Of a DNA stretch of 62,535 bases, positions 47,394-57,243 are shown piece after piece. The stretch spans positions 1 to 62,535 of the forward strand of contig CADAJB010000007.1 in NCBI GenBank assembly GCA_902788085.1, read 5' to 3'. The notes beneath the pieces are model-generated. The model saw only the letters and a list, made by a program, of their open reading frames with translations. It made no database searches and was not told where the DNA came from. The stretch comes from an uncultured Eubacteriales bacterium (GTDB lineage Bacteria > Bacillota > Clostridia > Christensenellales > UBA1242). The position numbers and the translations under genes are program-made. The stretch's first letter is position 1, and each line of letters opens with the position of its first letter.

Positions 47394-49538
47394 TTATGCA
47401 CCTAATTGTTCTTTTTTGAATTGTTGATATTCGTCAGTTGTCATAACTTGTTCGGGGCGAAGTTTAAACACTGTGCGGTTGTGGTATTCTAGTTGTTTTG
47501 ATTTGCTAAAATCTTTTACACATCTAAAGAAACCTACAACACGGGTCCAAACTTCACTTTCTTGACCACATACTGGGCACTCGAAGTGTTCGCCAGCAAT
47601 ATAGCCGTGCGTTGGGCAGACGCTAAATGTTGGGGTTATGCTAATGTATGGCATTTTGTTGTTATTAAATATCTTTTGAATAAGGTTTTTGCAGGTGCTT
47701 GGGTCATCTACTTTTTGACCTAAATATAAATGTAGCACCGTACCACCTGTATAGCGTGATTGCAATTCGTCTTGAAGTCTTACAACATCAAAAATGTCGT
47801 CGCTATACTCTACCGGAATTTGTGTAGAGTTTGTATAATAAACATCGTTTCCGCTGCCCGATGTAATAATTTCGGGATAGCGTGCTTTATCTAGTTTTGC
47901 AAGTCTTGGTGCAGTACCTTCGCCTGGGGTTGCTTCTAGGTTATATTGATTGCCAGTTTCTTCTTGGAACTTTATCATTTTTGCACGCAAAAAGTCCATA
48001 ACTTCTATGGCAAACTTTTGACCTTTTTCGCTAGTGATTGGCTCGTTTAAAAAGTTTAACAACGCTTCGTGCATACCAATTATACCAATGGTGTTAAAGT
48101 GGTTTGCCCAGTATTTGCCAAAACGGTCTTTAACTGTTTGTAAATAGAATTTGCAGTATGGGTACAAGCCGTTTTCGGTTTGTTCTTCTACAATTTTACG
48201 CTTAATTTCTAGCGACTTTTTAGCAAGGTCAACAAGATGTTCTAGTCTTTCGTAAAATTCTTCTTTGGTTTTAGATAAATAACCAATACGCGGAAGGTTG
48301 ATTGTTACCACACCAATAGAACCAGTTAGTGGGCTAGAACCAAACAATCCACCACCACGCTTGCGGAGTTCGGATACATTAAGTCTTAACCTACAACACA
48401 TAGATATAGCGTCTTCGGGGCTTAGGTCGCTTGTAACATAGTTGGCAAAGTATGGTGTGCCATATTTGGCTGTCATTTCCATAATTGCGTCCATTACTGG
48501 CGAATTCCATTCGGTATCTTTTGTAACATTAATTGTAGGAATTGGGAATGTAAATATACGCCCATTGCTATCACCGTGCATCATAACTTCGCAGAATGCA
48601 AGGTTAAACATATCCATTTCTTTTTGGAAGTCGCCATAAGTTTTATCTTGTGGCACACCACCTATTATAACTGGGCGGTCTTTTAACAGTCTTGGAACTT
48701 TTAGGTCTAATGTAATGTTGCTAAATGGGCATTGAAAACCTACACGAGTGGCAACATTCATATTGTGCACCCAACTTTGAAGCATTTGCACAACCTGGTC
48801 GTAAGATAGTTTGTCATAGTAGATAAATGGCGCACAGTATGTGTCAAAACTACTCCACGCTTGCGCACCTGCTGTTTCGCCTTGCAATGTAAAGGTGGCA
48901 TTCATAACTTGACCCAAAAAACTATTTAAGTGCTTTGCCGGAGCCGAACTTACCTTTCCTTCTACACCAGTAAAACCTAAGGTTAATAATTGGTTTAAAT
49001 CCCAACCAACACAGTATGCACCAAAAAAGCCTAAATCGTGGATATGTAAATCACCCGATAAGTGTGCTTCTTTTATATCTACAGGATACACCTCGTTTAA
49101 CCAATAACCTTTTGTAAACTCTTCACGCACAAAGTTGTTTAAACCAGCAACACTACGCTTCATATTACTATTTTCGCGGGTACGCCAGTCGGTATCGTTG
49201 ATATACCTACCAAATAAATCAATTGTTGCACCAATTAATGCATTTGCTTCTCTGGCGCGTTGACGCTTTTCGCGATATAAAATATAAGCCTTTGCTGTTT
49301 GCGAGTGTTTGTTTTCGATTAACACATATTCTACCATATCTTGAATTTGCTCGACTGTTGGGGTTTTGTCTTCTCCAAACTTTTGCAATAGCAACTCTTC
49401 TACTTGGTCGGCAAGTTTTGCCGATTGTTCGTAGTTGCTGCCATTACAAGCAACGGCTGCCTTAAATATGGCATCGGTTATCTTCTTTTTATTAAAAGGT
49501 TGATAAGTCCCATCTCGTTTTAGCACTAATTTAATCAT
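47394..49538 (-). CDS. nrdD: anaerobic (class III) ribonucleoside-triphosphate reductase
   Basis: ATP-cone N-terminus (MIKLVLKRDGTYQPF), C-terminal Zn site CPVCG, and a glycyl-radical region (RVVGFFR). Start trimmed to M16 (RBS AAGGAGGAA). Confidence 0.95.
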   Translation of the reverse strand: MIKLVLKRDGTYQPFNKKKITDAIFKAAVACNGSNYEQSAKLADQVEELLLQKFGEDKTPTVEQIQDMVEYVLIENKHSQTAKAYILYREKRQRAREANALIGATIDLFGRYINDTDWRTRENSNMKRSVAGLNNFVREEFTKGYWLNEVYPVDIKEAHLSGDLHIHDLGFFGAYCVGWDLNQLLTLGFTGVEGKVSSAPAKHLNSFLGQVMNATFTLQGETAGAQAWSSFDTYCAPFIYYDKLSYDQVVQMLQSWVHNMNVATRVGFQCPFSNITLDLKVPRLLKDRPVIIGGVPQDKTYGDFQKEMDMFNLAFCEVMMHGDSNGRIFTFPIPTINVTKDTEWNSPVMDAIMEMTAKYGTPYFANYVTSDLSPEDAISMCCRLRLNVSELRKRGGGLFGSSPLTGSIGVVTINLPRIGYLSKTKEEFYERLEHLVDLAKKSLEIKRKIVEEQTENGLYPYCKFYLQTVKDRFGKYWANHFNTIGIIGMHEALLNFLNEPITSEKGQKFAIEVMDFLRAKMIKFQEETGNQYNLEATPGEGTAPRLAKLDKARYPEIITSGSGNDVYYTNSTQIPVEYSDDIFDVVRLQDELQSRYTGGTVLHLYLGQKVDDPSTCKNLIQKIFNNNKMPYISITPTFSVCPTHGYIAGEHFECPVCGQESEVWTRVVGFFRCVKDFSKSKQLEYHNRTVFKLRPEQVMTTDEYQQFKKEQLGA

Positions 49539-49612
49539 TTTTTTGTTTCCTCCTTTAATGCTATTAAAATTATAAACGCCCAACTATATTTAGTCAAACA
49601 TTTTTTCAAAAA

Positions 49613-49628
49613 ATACTAGATATAGTGT
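49613..49628 (-). promoter_or_regulatory. NrdR box (proximal)
   Basis: The minus strand reads ACACTATATCTAGTAT, compared with the remembered consensus acaCwAtATaTwGtgt. Confidence 0.6.
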
Positions 49629-49644
49629 TATATTTGTACTAAAT

Positions 49645-49660
49645 GCACAAAATGTAGTGT
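49645..49660 (-). promoter_or_regulatory. NrdR box (distal)
   Basis: The minus strand reads ACACTACATTTTGTGC. It starts 32 bp from the other box, typical tandem phasing, just downstream of a TATAAT at about 49673..49678. Confidence 0.6.
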
Positions 49661-49774
49661 TTTTGGCTTTAAATTATAATTCATAAAATTTTATAAATAT
49701 ACAACAAAAAACAGCATAACACCCCAAAATTAGCGGTATGTATTTTTTACAAAATTTATAAAATTGCAAAACAT

Positions 49775-49812
49775 AAAAAAACAAAAGATATTAGCCTAAA
49801 ACTAATATCTTT
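49775..49812 (-). terminator. rho-independent terminator
   Basis: The minus strand reads AAAGATATTAG-TTTTAGG-CTAATATCTTT followed by TGTTTTTTT. Confidence 0.75.
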
Positions 49813-49831
49813 GATTTTTGCGAATACTTTA

Positions 49832-51160
49832 TTATTTTTTACTCATTTTTTTAATAACTTTTTTGCTAGTTTTTGGTGCTAAGAACAAAATTATTGCAGA
49901 TAAAACTATCAAACCTAGTGCTATATACCACCATTTTATAACAGTTTGTGGTACATATTCACCCGAACTTATACCAATTGCCATATTCGCTCCGCTTGCT
50001 AGGGTTTCGCCTTCTTGACTACCCGCGTTTTCGCTAGGTGTGTAGTTTAAACCTATAACTATATCTCCATATTTTATTGTTTCGAAAATTCTGTTTAAAA
50101 TTTCGGCATCGTGTTGTTTTAATCTTTCGTAAACTTCTTCATCTGGCAAACCATATATTTCGTGCTTTCCTACTGCAACTATGGCATACTCGGGGTCTAG
50201 GGCTTCTATAAACTCGGATATATTGCCCGTTTTACTGCCGTGGTGGGCTAAGTCCATAAAATCTACATTAGGCAAAGTGCCATACTTTTGTAGTATCATT
50301 TTTTCGCTTTCTTTTTCGCCATCACCAGTAAAAGCAAAAGAAAACTGCTTGTAAGTTAAAATAATTAGTGGTGAATAGTTGTTTGGGTTACTTTTTAAAC
50401 CGCCAACTGTTGGGTTGTAGTATTCGTTTGTATCTATTGTATAAAACTTAACTTTATATTCGTTGCCTTCGTCATCTGTGCCACTAAACTGTATTGTGTC
50501 GTTTGTAACCAGCATAGTTGCACCCAAATCAACTTCGGCATAAGCGTTGTTTAAAAATGCGCGCATTGTGTTTGTTTTTGTAATGTTATAATCTTTTTTT
50601 AATGTAACACCAATGCTATCTGCTAGTGTTTTTTCTTTTGCTGTTAAAACTGCATCTTTTTCATCGTTTTGGTAAAATTCGGGCGACCTAACTATTGTGC
50701 CAACTTCAAACTCTTCTAATATGTTATCTAAAATGCTTACATGGTCTTCGTGTGCGTGTGTTAGCACCATATAATCAAACTTTTCGCCTTCTTTTATAAT
50801 GTTTGCCTTTGCATAGTTAATAACATGGTTGGTTATTGCAACATCATTGCTTTCGGTTTGGTTGCTATAAATTGGCTTGCTACCATTCTTTTGCCCAGCA
50901 TCTATAATCATATTTTTGTTATCGGGCAAATTTATCATAATGCAATCACCCTGCCCCACATTTACATAGTGCACAGATAGTTTGCTGTTGTCTAAAATTT
51001 CGGTTGAACTAATTACTTTTACATTGCCTGTTATTTGTTGATAATAGTTTTCTATTTGCGTAGAAAATAACATACTTACGCCCAAAACTACTGCTATTAT
51101 TATAAAAATTATAAATCTTAACTTACTAAATCTAAAAATGCCTTTTGATTTGTTTGCCAT
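49832..51160 (-). CDS. membrane-anchored MBL-fold hydrolase (ComEC/Rec2-related beta-lactamase domain only)
   Basis: N-terminal TM, VNVGQGDCIMINLPDNKNMIIDAG, HAHEDH, HHGS, and a C-terminal TM anchor. Confidence 0.8.
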   Translation of the reverse strand: MANKSKGIFRFSKLRFIIFIIIAVVLGVSMLFSTQIENYYQQITGNVKVISSTEILDNSKLSVHYVNVGQGDCIMINLPDNKNMIIDAGQKNGSKPIYSNQTESNDVAITNHVINYAKANIIKEGEKFDYMVLTHAHEDHVSILDNILEEFEVGTIVRSPEFYQNDEKDAVLTAKEKTLADSIGVTLKKDYNITKTNTMRAFLNNAYAEVDLGATMLVTNDTIQFSGTDDEGNEYKVKFYTIDTNEYYNPTVGGLKSNPNNYSPLIILTYKQFSFAFTGDGEKESEKMILQKYGTLPNVDFMDLAHHGSKTGNISEFIEALDPEYAIVAVGKHEIYGLPDEEVYERLKQHDAEILNRIFETIKYGDIVIGLNYTPSENAGSQEGETLASGANMAIGISSGEYVPQTVIKWWYIALGLIVLSAIILFLAPKTSKKVIKKMSKK

Positions 51161-52158
51161 TATTGCTCCTTAGTTTTTATTACATCTACCATACTTTCGC
51201 GCTTTTTTGCGCTGTCAAAGATTATTCCTTCGTCTATAAGTTGTTGTTGTTTGCGTTCGAACTTTCTTCGTGTTTTATCCATAAGTTTGATACGCCTTTC
51301 GGTCTTTTTAATATCTTCGTCGGGTTTAACTTTTTGAACCGCCTTTAATATCTCGGGCATTTGCTCGATTGTTTGTATATAGCCTTGATATATCATATTG
51401 TCTAAATCATCCAAACTTGTGCGGTCATACCTTGCAAGGTCTAGTTTAACCACACAGTCGGAATAAACATAACCGTTTAACGAGTTAGACTTCATAATAA
51501 TGCGCAAGGCTGCTTTTAATTCTTCAAAATACTTTGTGCTATCTGTGCCATAACCTCTATCTGGGTTTATATCAAAAGATATAACAACATCGGCACCCAT
51601 ATCACGCACAACATCGGCAGGAATATTATTTACTAACCCACCATCATACAATCTATAATCTAAAAACTCTACCGGTTTGAATATAGCAGGAACAGCACAA
51701 CTACCCGCTATTGCTTTGCCTATATCACCCGAAGTTATTCGAATTTCTTTGCCCGAAATTATATCAGTTGCTACAACTGTTAGTGGTATATTAAAACTAT
51801 CAAAACTTCTGCCATCTAATAATTGAGTTATTAGCGCGCTAAATTTATCGGTTTTGCTTGGCATAAACTTAATTTTGTTTGTTAAAATATCTTTTTTAGA
51901 TAAACCACGCGCCTTGTTTTCTACTTCTTCTAGTGGTATTCCACTAGCATACACTGCGCCCATAAGCGACCCAACACTTGTGCCAGCCACATAGTCAAAC
52001 ACTATTCCGTTTTCTTGCAAAGCCTTAAATACGCCAATGTATGCAGCCCCCCTTGTGCCACCACCAGATAAAGCCAACCCAAGTTTTAAAGGGCTTTTTA
52101 CAATAGGAATATCAAACATATTTGTATCTGTTTTGTTTTTCTTGCCAAACCAGCCCAT
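51160..52158 (-). CDS. patatin-like phospholipase
   Basis: Start trimmed to MGWFGKKNK (RBS AGAGG). Motifs GLALSGGGTRGAAYIG, GTSVGS (GxSxG) and DGG. Its stop overlaps the MBL gene start. Confidence 0.85.
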   Translation of the reverse strand: MGWFGKKNKTDTNMFDIPIVKSPLKLGLALSGGGTRGAAYIGVFKALQENGIVFDYVAGTSVGSLMGAVYASGIPLEEVENKARGLSKKDILTNKIKFMPSKTDKFSALITQLLDGRSFDSFNIPLTVVATDIISGKEIRITSGDIGKAIAGSCAVPAIFKPVEFLDYRLYDGGLVNNIPADVVRDMGADVVISFDINPDRGYGTDSTKYFEELKAALRIIMKSNSLNGYVYSDCVVKLDLARYDRTSLDDLDNMIYQGYIQTIEQMPEILKAVQKVKPDEDIKKTERRIKLMDKTRRKFERKQQQLIDEGIIFDSAKKRESMVDVIKTKEQ

Positions 52159-52218
52159 TTTAACCTCTTTTTTATTTTTATATATTATATAATAATATAA
52201 CACAAAAAATATTAATTT

Positions 52219-52252
52219 CAAAACAAAAAGAACACCCAAAATGGTGTTCTTT
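52219..52252 (-). terminator. rho-independent terminator
   Basis: The minus strand reads AAAGAACACC-ATTTTG-GGTGTTCTTT followed by TTGTTTTG. Confidence 0.7.
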
Positions 52253-52266
52253 AAAATTTATTTAGA

Positions 52267-53400
52267 TTATTCGTTAGGGTGTGTTTGTTTGTAGATTTCA
52301 ATAGCATCCATAACTTCGGCAATGTCGTCTTTTAAGTCGTGGTTAACTTGAACCAAAATTTTGTTAGTTGTTTCTAACAATGGGAAGCGGTCTTTGTTAG
52401 TTGCCATTACATCTTCGCAGTGTTGTACAGATAATCTTAAACCATCTAACAAGTCTAAATCTTCAGATAACTTTTTAGCTTTTTCTTCGTCAATATCTAC
52501 ATAGTTGTTTACGCCGTAAAGTATAACTTTTTTGCGTGCAACAATTGCTTCGCGACGACGAAGTTTTTGTTCATCGCGTTCTAATGTCTTTTTAACTCTA
52601 GCAAGTGGCATATATTCTTTGCGGTTTGCTTTTAGTTCTTTTTCGTTTAATTTTAATCTGTCTTTTAATTTTTCTAATCTAGCATTTAATTGTTCTAATG
52701 TAAGTGTAGCGTAGATAGATGCAGGAATTACAACATCTTCTTTAACTGGTTGCTCTTCTACAACTTCTTGTGGTTGTTCTTCTACTTTTTCTACTGTTTC
52801 TGCGTTTTCGGCAGCAACTGGTTGACTTTCGGTTAAAGCTTCACCTTCGTCACCTTCGCCTTCATCTTCGGCCTTAACCTCTTCTGCTGGTTGTTCTTCA
52901 CTTGCTTGTTCTTCAACTGGTTGGTTAAAGAATTCTGCAACAGCGGCTTCGTTAATTTCGTTAATCATTGTGTTGATGTCTTCTTCACTTGCAGGTGTTT
53001 CTTCATCAAACAATGCATCAAAATCGTCCATTTCTTGTTGACGAGCTTCAATTTCTTGTTCTTTTTTTTCTGTTGTGTTAGCTTCAATTTGTGGAACATC
53101 GTTGCCTAAAAGTTGTTGTTGTTCGGCAGCAACTAAGCTTTCGTCCCAGTTGTTTACTTTGTTTTCTTCTTTTTTGTTTTCGTTTTCTAATTCTTCTAAA
53201 CTTACTGTGTTTGCTTTGGTGTTTTCTACCATTTTAGGCTTTTTTTGTTTAGAACTTGCATTTCTGCGGAAGAACAAACCTTTTGTTTCTGGCGAAATGA
53301 TTGCCAAGAATAAGTCGATAATTAAAGCGATAACTAACGCTACAACTACCAAAAATACAATAACTGTTAATACAGCCAATAATGCATCAATAAAACTCAT
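52267..53400 (-). CDS. hypothetical membrane-anchored protein with acidic low-complexity and coiled-coil regions
   Basis: 377-aa ORF with an N-terminal TM, an E/Q/A-rich acidic middle, and a C-terminal helical domain. No family recognised. Confidence 0.6.
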   Translation of the reverse strand: MSFIDALLAVLTVIVFLVVVALVIALIIDLFLAIISPETKGLFFRRNASSKQKKPKMVENTKANTVSLEELENENKKEENKVNNWDESLVAAEQQQLLGNDVPQIEANTTEKKEQEIEARQQEMDDFDALFDEETPASEEDINTMINEINEAAVAEFFNQPVEEQASEEQPAEEVKAEDEGEGDEGEALTESQPVAAENAETVEKVEEQPQEVVEEQPVKEDVVIPASIYATLTLEQLNARLEKLKDRLKLNEKELKANRKEYMPLARVKKTLERDEQKLRRREAIVARKKVILYGVNNYVDIDEEKAKKLSEDLDLLDGLRLSVQHCEDVMATNKDRFPLLETTNKILVQVNHDLKDDIAEVMDAIEIYKQTHPNE

Positions 53401-53442
53401 AATGTTTTACCCCTTAAATAATCTTTTGAAAATAGTTTTTAA

Positions 53443-53835
53443 TGGTGGAGATGATGGGAGTTGAACCCATGTCCAAAAAACTATCAAACCAACATCTACA
53501 TATTTAGTTGCTTTATAATCTTGCATAAGGCTAACCAAGCAACAGGTGCAATATGCAAAGTTTAATTTAATACGGCACAAAACCTTAAACACTTTTTGTG
53601 CGAGTAACCTAATGGGTTGATACCATATTGTATGCCTTAGGTACTATCCAACACACAACTGGCAGATTTAATAAAACTTAAATCAAGCAATTACGCATAA
53701 GCGTAAACTGTGTTAACACTTGCGTAATTAGAAACGTTTTTGTTTGCGTTTACATTTAATTTTCGTTGGTAATGCAGACGAACCTGCAATATGCATTTGG
53801 TTTGACCCATTTTCTGTCAAAGCCGTAACACCCCC
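53443..53835 (-). ncRNA. ssrA: tmRNA (SsrA)
   Basis: The minus strand starts GGGGGTGTTACGGCTTTGACAG and ends GGACATGGGTTCAACTCCCATCATCTCCACCA (tRNA-like acceptor/T-arm with CCA). It has an internal tag ORF and lies 6 nt downstream of smpB. Confidence 0.9.
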
Positions 53836-53841
53836 AAAAAG

Positions 53842-54285
53842 TTAGGAATTTTCCCTAAGCTCTCTCTCAATGTTACGCCTAACATCGCGCTCTTTTACAA
53901 CATTGCGCTTATCAAATAGTTGTTTACCACGGCACAATGCTATTTCTACCTTTACAAGTTGCTTATCAAAATAAACTTTTAAAGGCACAATAGTTAAACC
54001 TTTTGTTTCCACCTTGCCCGAAAGAAAATTAATTTCACTTCGGTTTAACAAAAGTTTTCGTGGACGGCGTTCTTCGGTTGGAACTCGGTCGCATTCGTAA
54101 GGCTTTATATAACTATTAATTATATATGCCTCACCATTCTTAATGATTACATAAGTATCATTAATTGAAATGTGCCCTGCCCTAACCGATTTAACTTCGC
54201 CACCCATTAAAACTATGCCGGCGGTAAACTTTTGTAGCACAAAATATTCAAAGTTGGCTTTTTTGTTAGTAGTAATAACTCTCAT
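53842..54285 (-). CDS. smpB: SsrA-binding protein
   Basis: NKKANFEYFVLQKFTAGIVLMGGEVKS and a basic C-terminal tail. Confidence 0.95.
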   Translation of the reverse strand: MRVITTNKKANFEYFVLQKFTAGIVLMGGEVKSVRAGHISINDTYVIIKNGEAYIINSYIKPYECDRVPTEERRPRKLLLNRSEINFLSGKVETKGLTIVPLKVYFDKQLVKVEIALCRGKQLFDKRNVVKERDVRRNIERELRENS

Positions 54286-54366
54286 TGCTACCTCACTATT
54301 ATATCACACATAAAATAATATTTCAATACCTTTTTGCAAAATTTTTGATATTGTAAGCAAAAACGC

Positions 54367-56469
54367 CTATTCTGTAAGCATTTTAAAGGTTATTTGGCGT
54401 TTTAAAAGGTTAACTTCTACTGCGCGCACCCTAACCTTTTGCCCTAGATGATAACTGTGCTGACTGCCCGAAAGTTTGTATGCTTTTTCAAACAACAAGT
54501 AGTTGTCATTAGGCAAGTTTTCCATTGTGCAAAGACCTTCTATTGTGTTTGGTAGTTCTACAAACACACCAAAAGATGTAACGCCAGTAACAATTCCTTC
54601 AAACTCTTCTTGCAAATGACCTTGCATATATTCGGCTTTTTTAAGGTCATCAACTTCACGCTCGGCACTTTCGGCTAGTTTTTCGCGGTCGCTAGACTGC
54701 AAACTTGCATCAACTACCCAATCTTTTAGAAAATCGTACCAAAGTTTATCGGGCTTACGCAAAACCACAGATTTAATAATACGGTGTATTGCTAAGTCTG
54801 GGTAACGCCTAATTGGTGAAGTAAAGTGGCAATAATATGGTGCCGCTATACCAAAATGCCCTAAGTTTTTGCTTGCATATCTTGCTTTTTGCAAACTACG
54901 AAGCATAACTTGATTAACCATACTTTCGTACGGTTGACCTTTAATTTTATTTAATAGGTTTTGAAGGTCTTTTGGCTTTACTTTTTCGGGTGTAGTATTG
55001 ATTTTTAGTTTAAAACCATTAATAAAGTTGAAAAATTCGTTCATTTTTTCGGCGTCTGGCTGTTCGTGCACACGAAAAACAAACGGAATTTCGCGCTTGC
55101 ACATAGCCTCGGCAACTACTTCGTTGGCAATAAGCATAAACGATTCTATCATCATGTGTGCAACATTGCGTTCGTATAGTTTTACATCTATAACATGCCC
55201 TTCGCTATCCATTTCGAACTTACATTCAGGCAGATCAAACTCTAAGGCCCCGCGTTTTTTGCGGTTATTTTCTAAAATGTAGTGCAATTCTTCCATATTT
55301 TTAAAATCTTGCACTAAATATTCATACTTTTTGCAGGTTGTTGGGTCACCTTGTAAAATTGCATACACATCGGTATAAGTCATACGCTCGCAAGTGCGTA
55401 TAACACCTTCGCAAATGTTATAGTTGGTTACTTCTCCGTCTTTGTTTATATCCATTACAACAGAAAGTGTAAGACGGTTTTCGTGTGGGTTTAGCGAGCA
55501 TATACCATTAGACAACTCACGCGGAAGCATAGGATAAACAAGGTTTGGAAAATATACACTTGTAGCGCGCTTATACGCCTCTTTATCTAGCAAACTATCA
55601 TATTTTACATAATCGGATACATCGGCAATATGAACTTTTAAGGTAAAATTGCCATCGGGTTTTTTAATAACACAAACGGCGTCATCTAGGTCTTTTGCGT
55701 CTTCGCCGTCTATGGTTACTACTTTGTCGTCTCTAAAATCGGTACGCCCTTTTATTTTACTTTCGGGCACAGATGTTGGTTGTGTTTTGGCCTCTGCTAA
55801 AACATCATTTGGAAATTCTTCGTATAGATTGTTTTCACGGATGATAGAAAGCATAGCAAGCATTGGGGTGTCGTCGTGACCTAACACTTCGGTAATCTCG
55901 CCAAATGGGTTTTTATCACCATTTTTATATTCTTTTATTCGGCAAACAACTTTATCGCCATTTTCGGCACGCATTTTATCGGCATTGCGCACCATTATAT
56001 CGGTAAAATAATGCACATCATCGGGTTTAACAAAAGCCAAACCTTTTTTAACATAGTCTAGTTTACCAACAATATTTAAATTGTTTCGGGCTAAAATTTT
56101 AATAACTTGCCCTTCTTGTTGGTCACCTTTTTGTTTTATGCTAACAAGCACAGTATCTTTGTGTAACGCGTTTTTTAAGTTTGCATGTGGAATAAATACA
56201 TCGGGTATATCTTCATCTAAAATGCGACAAAAAGCAAACCCCCTAGCGTTGCCAGTAAGTTTACCTTTTTTATAACCTAGTGTTTTAGACAAAGCAAGTT
56301 TGCCCATATTGCCCACTTGCACCATATCGCCGTTTTCTAACAAATCGTTTATGCAAGCATAAGCCTGTGTATAAGGCATATTAAGCCCGTCGCTAAGTGC
56401 GCGGGCAATTATAGGCTTTGTTTGATAATCTAAACTATGTTGAGCAATAAAATCTATTATTTGTTGCAT
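54367..56469 (-). CDS. rnr: ribonuclease R
   Basis: RNB domain (VTIDGEDAKDLDDAV, HFTSPIRRYPDL) and a C-terminal S1 domain (GIVTGVTSFGVFVEL). Confidence 0.95.
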   Translation of the reverse strand: MQQIIDFIAQHSLDYQTKPIIARALSDGLNMPYTQAYACINDLLENGDMVQVGNMGKLALSKTLGYKKGKLTGNARGFAFCRILDEDIPDVFIPHANLKNALHKDTVLVSIKQKGDQQEGQVIKILARNNLNIVGKLDYVKKGLAFVKPDDVHYFTDIMVRNADKMRAENGDKVVCRIKEYKNGDKNPFGEITEVLGHDDTPMLAMLSIIRENNLYEEFPNDVLAEAKTQPTSVPESKIKGRTDFRDDKVVTIDGEDAKDLDDAVCVIKKPDGNFTLKVHIADVSDYVKYDSLLDKEAYKRATSVYFPNLVYPMLPRELSNGICSLNPHENRLTLSVVMDINKDGEVTNYNICEGVIRTCERMTYTDVYAILQGDPTTCKKYEYLVQDFKNMEELHYILENNRKKRGALEFDLPECKFEMDSEGHVIDVKLYERNVAHMMIESFMLIANEVVAEAMCKREIPFVFRVHEQPDAEKMNEFFNFINGFKLKINTTPEKVKPKDLQNLLNKIKGQPYESMVNQVMLRSLQKARYASKNLGHFGIAAPYYCHFTSPIRRYPDLAIHRIIKSVVLRKPDKLWYDFLKDWVVDASLQSSDREKLAESAEREVDDLKKAEYMQGHLQEEFEGIVTGVTSFGVFVELPNTIEGLCTMENLPNDNYLLFEKAYKLSGSQHSYHLGQKVRVRAVEVNLLKRQITFKMLTE

Positions 56470-56514
56470 AATTTTATCCTTTTACAAACAAAAAGAGGGA
56501 TAGCACCCCTTTTT

Positions 56515-56823
56515 TTAATTAAATGGATTGTATATTTTTAGTGTAATCCAATAAACCACAGCAAGAACAGCAATAATAATTGCCAAAATTATTGTAAGTT
56601 TACGCAATAATCCATCACGGGTTTTGCCTTTGTTTTGTGCAAAATATGTTTCTTGTACACCACTTATGGCGTTTAAGTTGCCGTCGCTGTTACTTTTTTG
56701 GAACAATACCAAAAATATAATAGCCAAAGCACATACTGCCACAATAGCAACAATAACATATTGAATAATGCCCAAAACCTGAGCAACCGCAGGATCTAAT
56801 GCACCTAATAAATAATTAAACAT
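56515..56823 (-). CDS. secG: preprotein translocase subunit SecG
   Basis: Start trimmed to MFNYLLGAL (RBS GGAGGA). Two TM segments flank LFQKSNSDGNLNAISG, as in SecG. Confidence 0.7.
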   Translation of the reverse strand: MFNYLLGALDPAVAQVLGIIQYVIVAIVAVCALAIIFLVLFQKSNSDGNLNAISGVQETYFAQNKGKTRDGLLRKLTIILAIIIAVLAVVYWITLKIYNPFN

Positions 56824-56920
56824 ACATCCTCCGACATTGTACAATAATATTTTTGTATTGTAACACACAACACATAATTATTCAAGCATTTTTGCTAATA
56901 TTTTGCGTTTTTAGGCGTTT

Positions 56921-57160
56921 TTATCCGCGAAAAGTTGTATATAATAGCAAAACACCTAAACAAATAATACTTAAAATTAAATAACCTATTTTTATTGGGT
57001 GTTTTTCGTGTGTTTTTGATTTATTAATAGACAAACCAAAAAACAAGAACATTCCGGCTATTGCCAAACTAACTATTATCCACCTAACACTATTAGGAAT
57101 ATCGCGTACACAAGTGTTTAAAAAGGTGTTTATAAAATTTGCAACCAAACTGATGTTCAT
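56921..57160 (-). CDS. small two-TM membrane protein
   Basis: 79-aa hydrophobic ORF with RBS AGGAGA. Confidence 0.5.
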   Translation of the reverse strand: MNISLVANFINTFLNTCVRDIPNSVRWIIVSLAIAGMFLFFGLSINKSKTHEKHPIKIGYLILSIICLGVLLLYTTFRG

Positions 57161-57243
57161 AACTTCTCCTTAGTTTTTAAATCGCTTATGTTTAATTATA
57201 TCACATACATAAACATATTTCAAGGCTAATTATAAATTTAATG

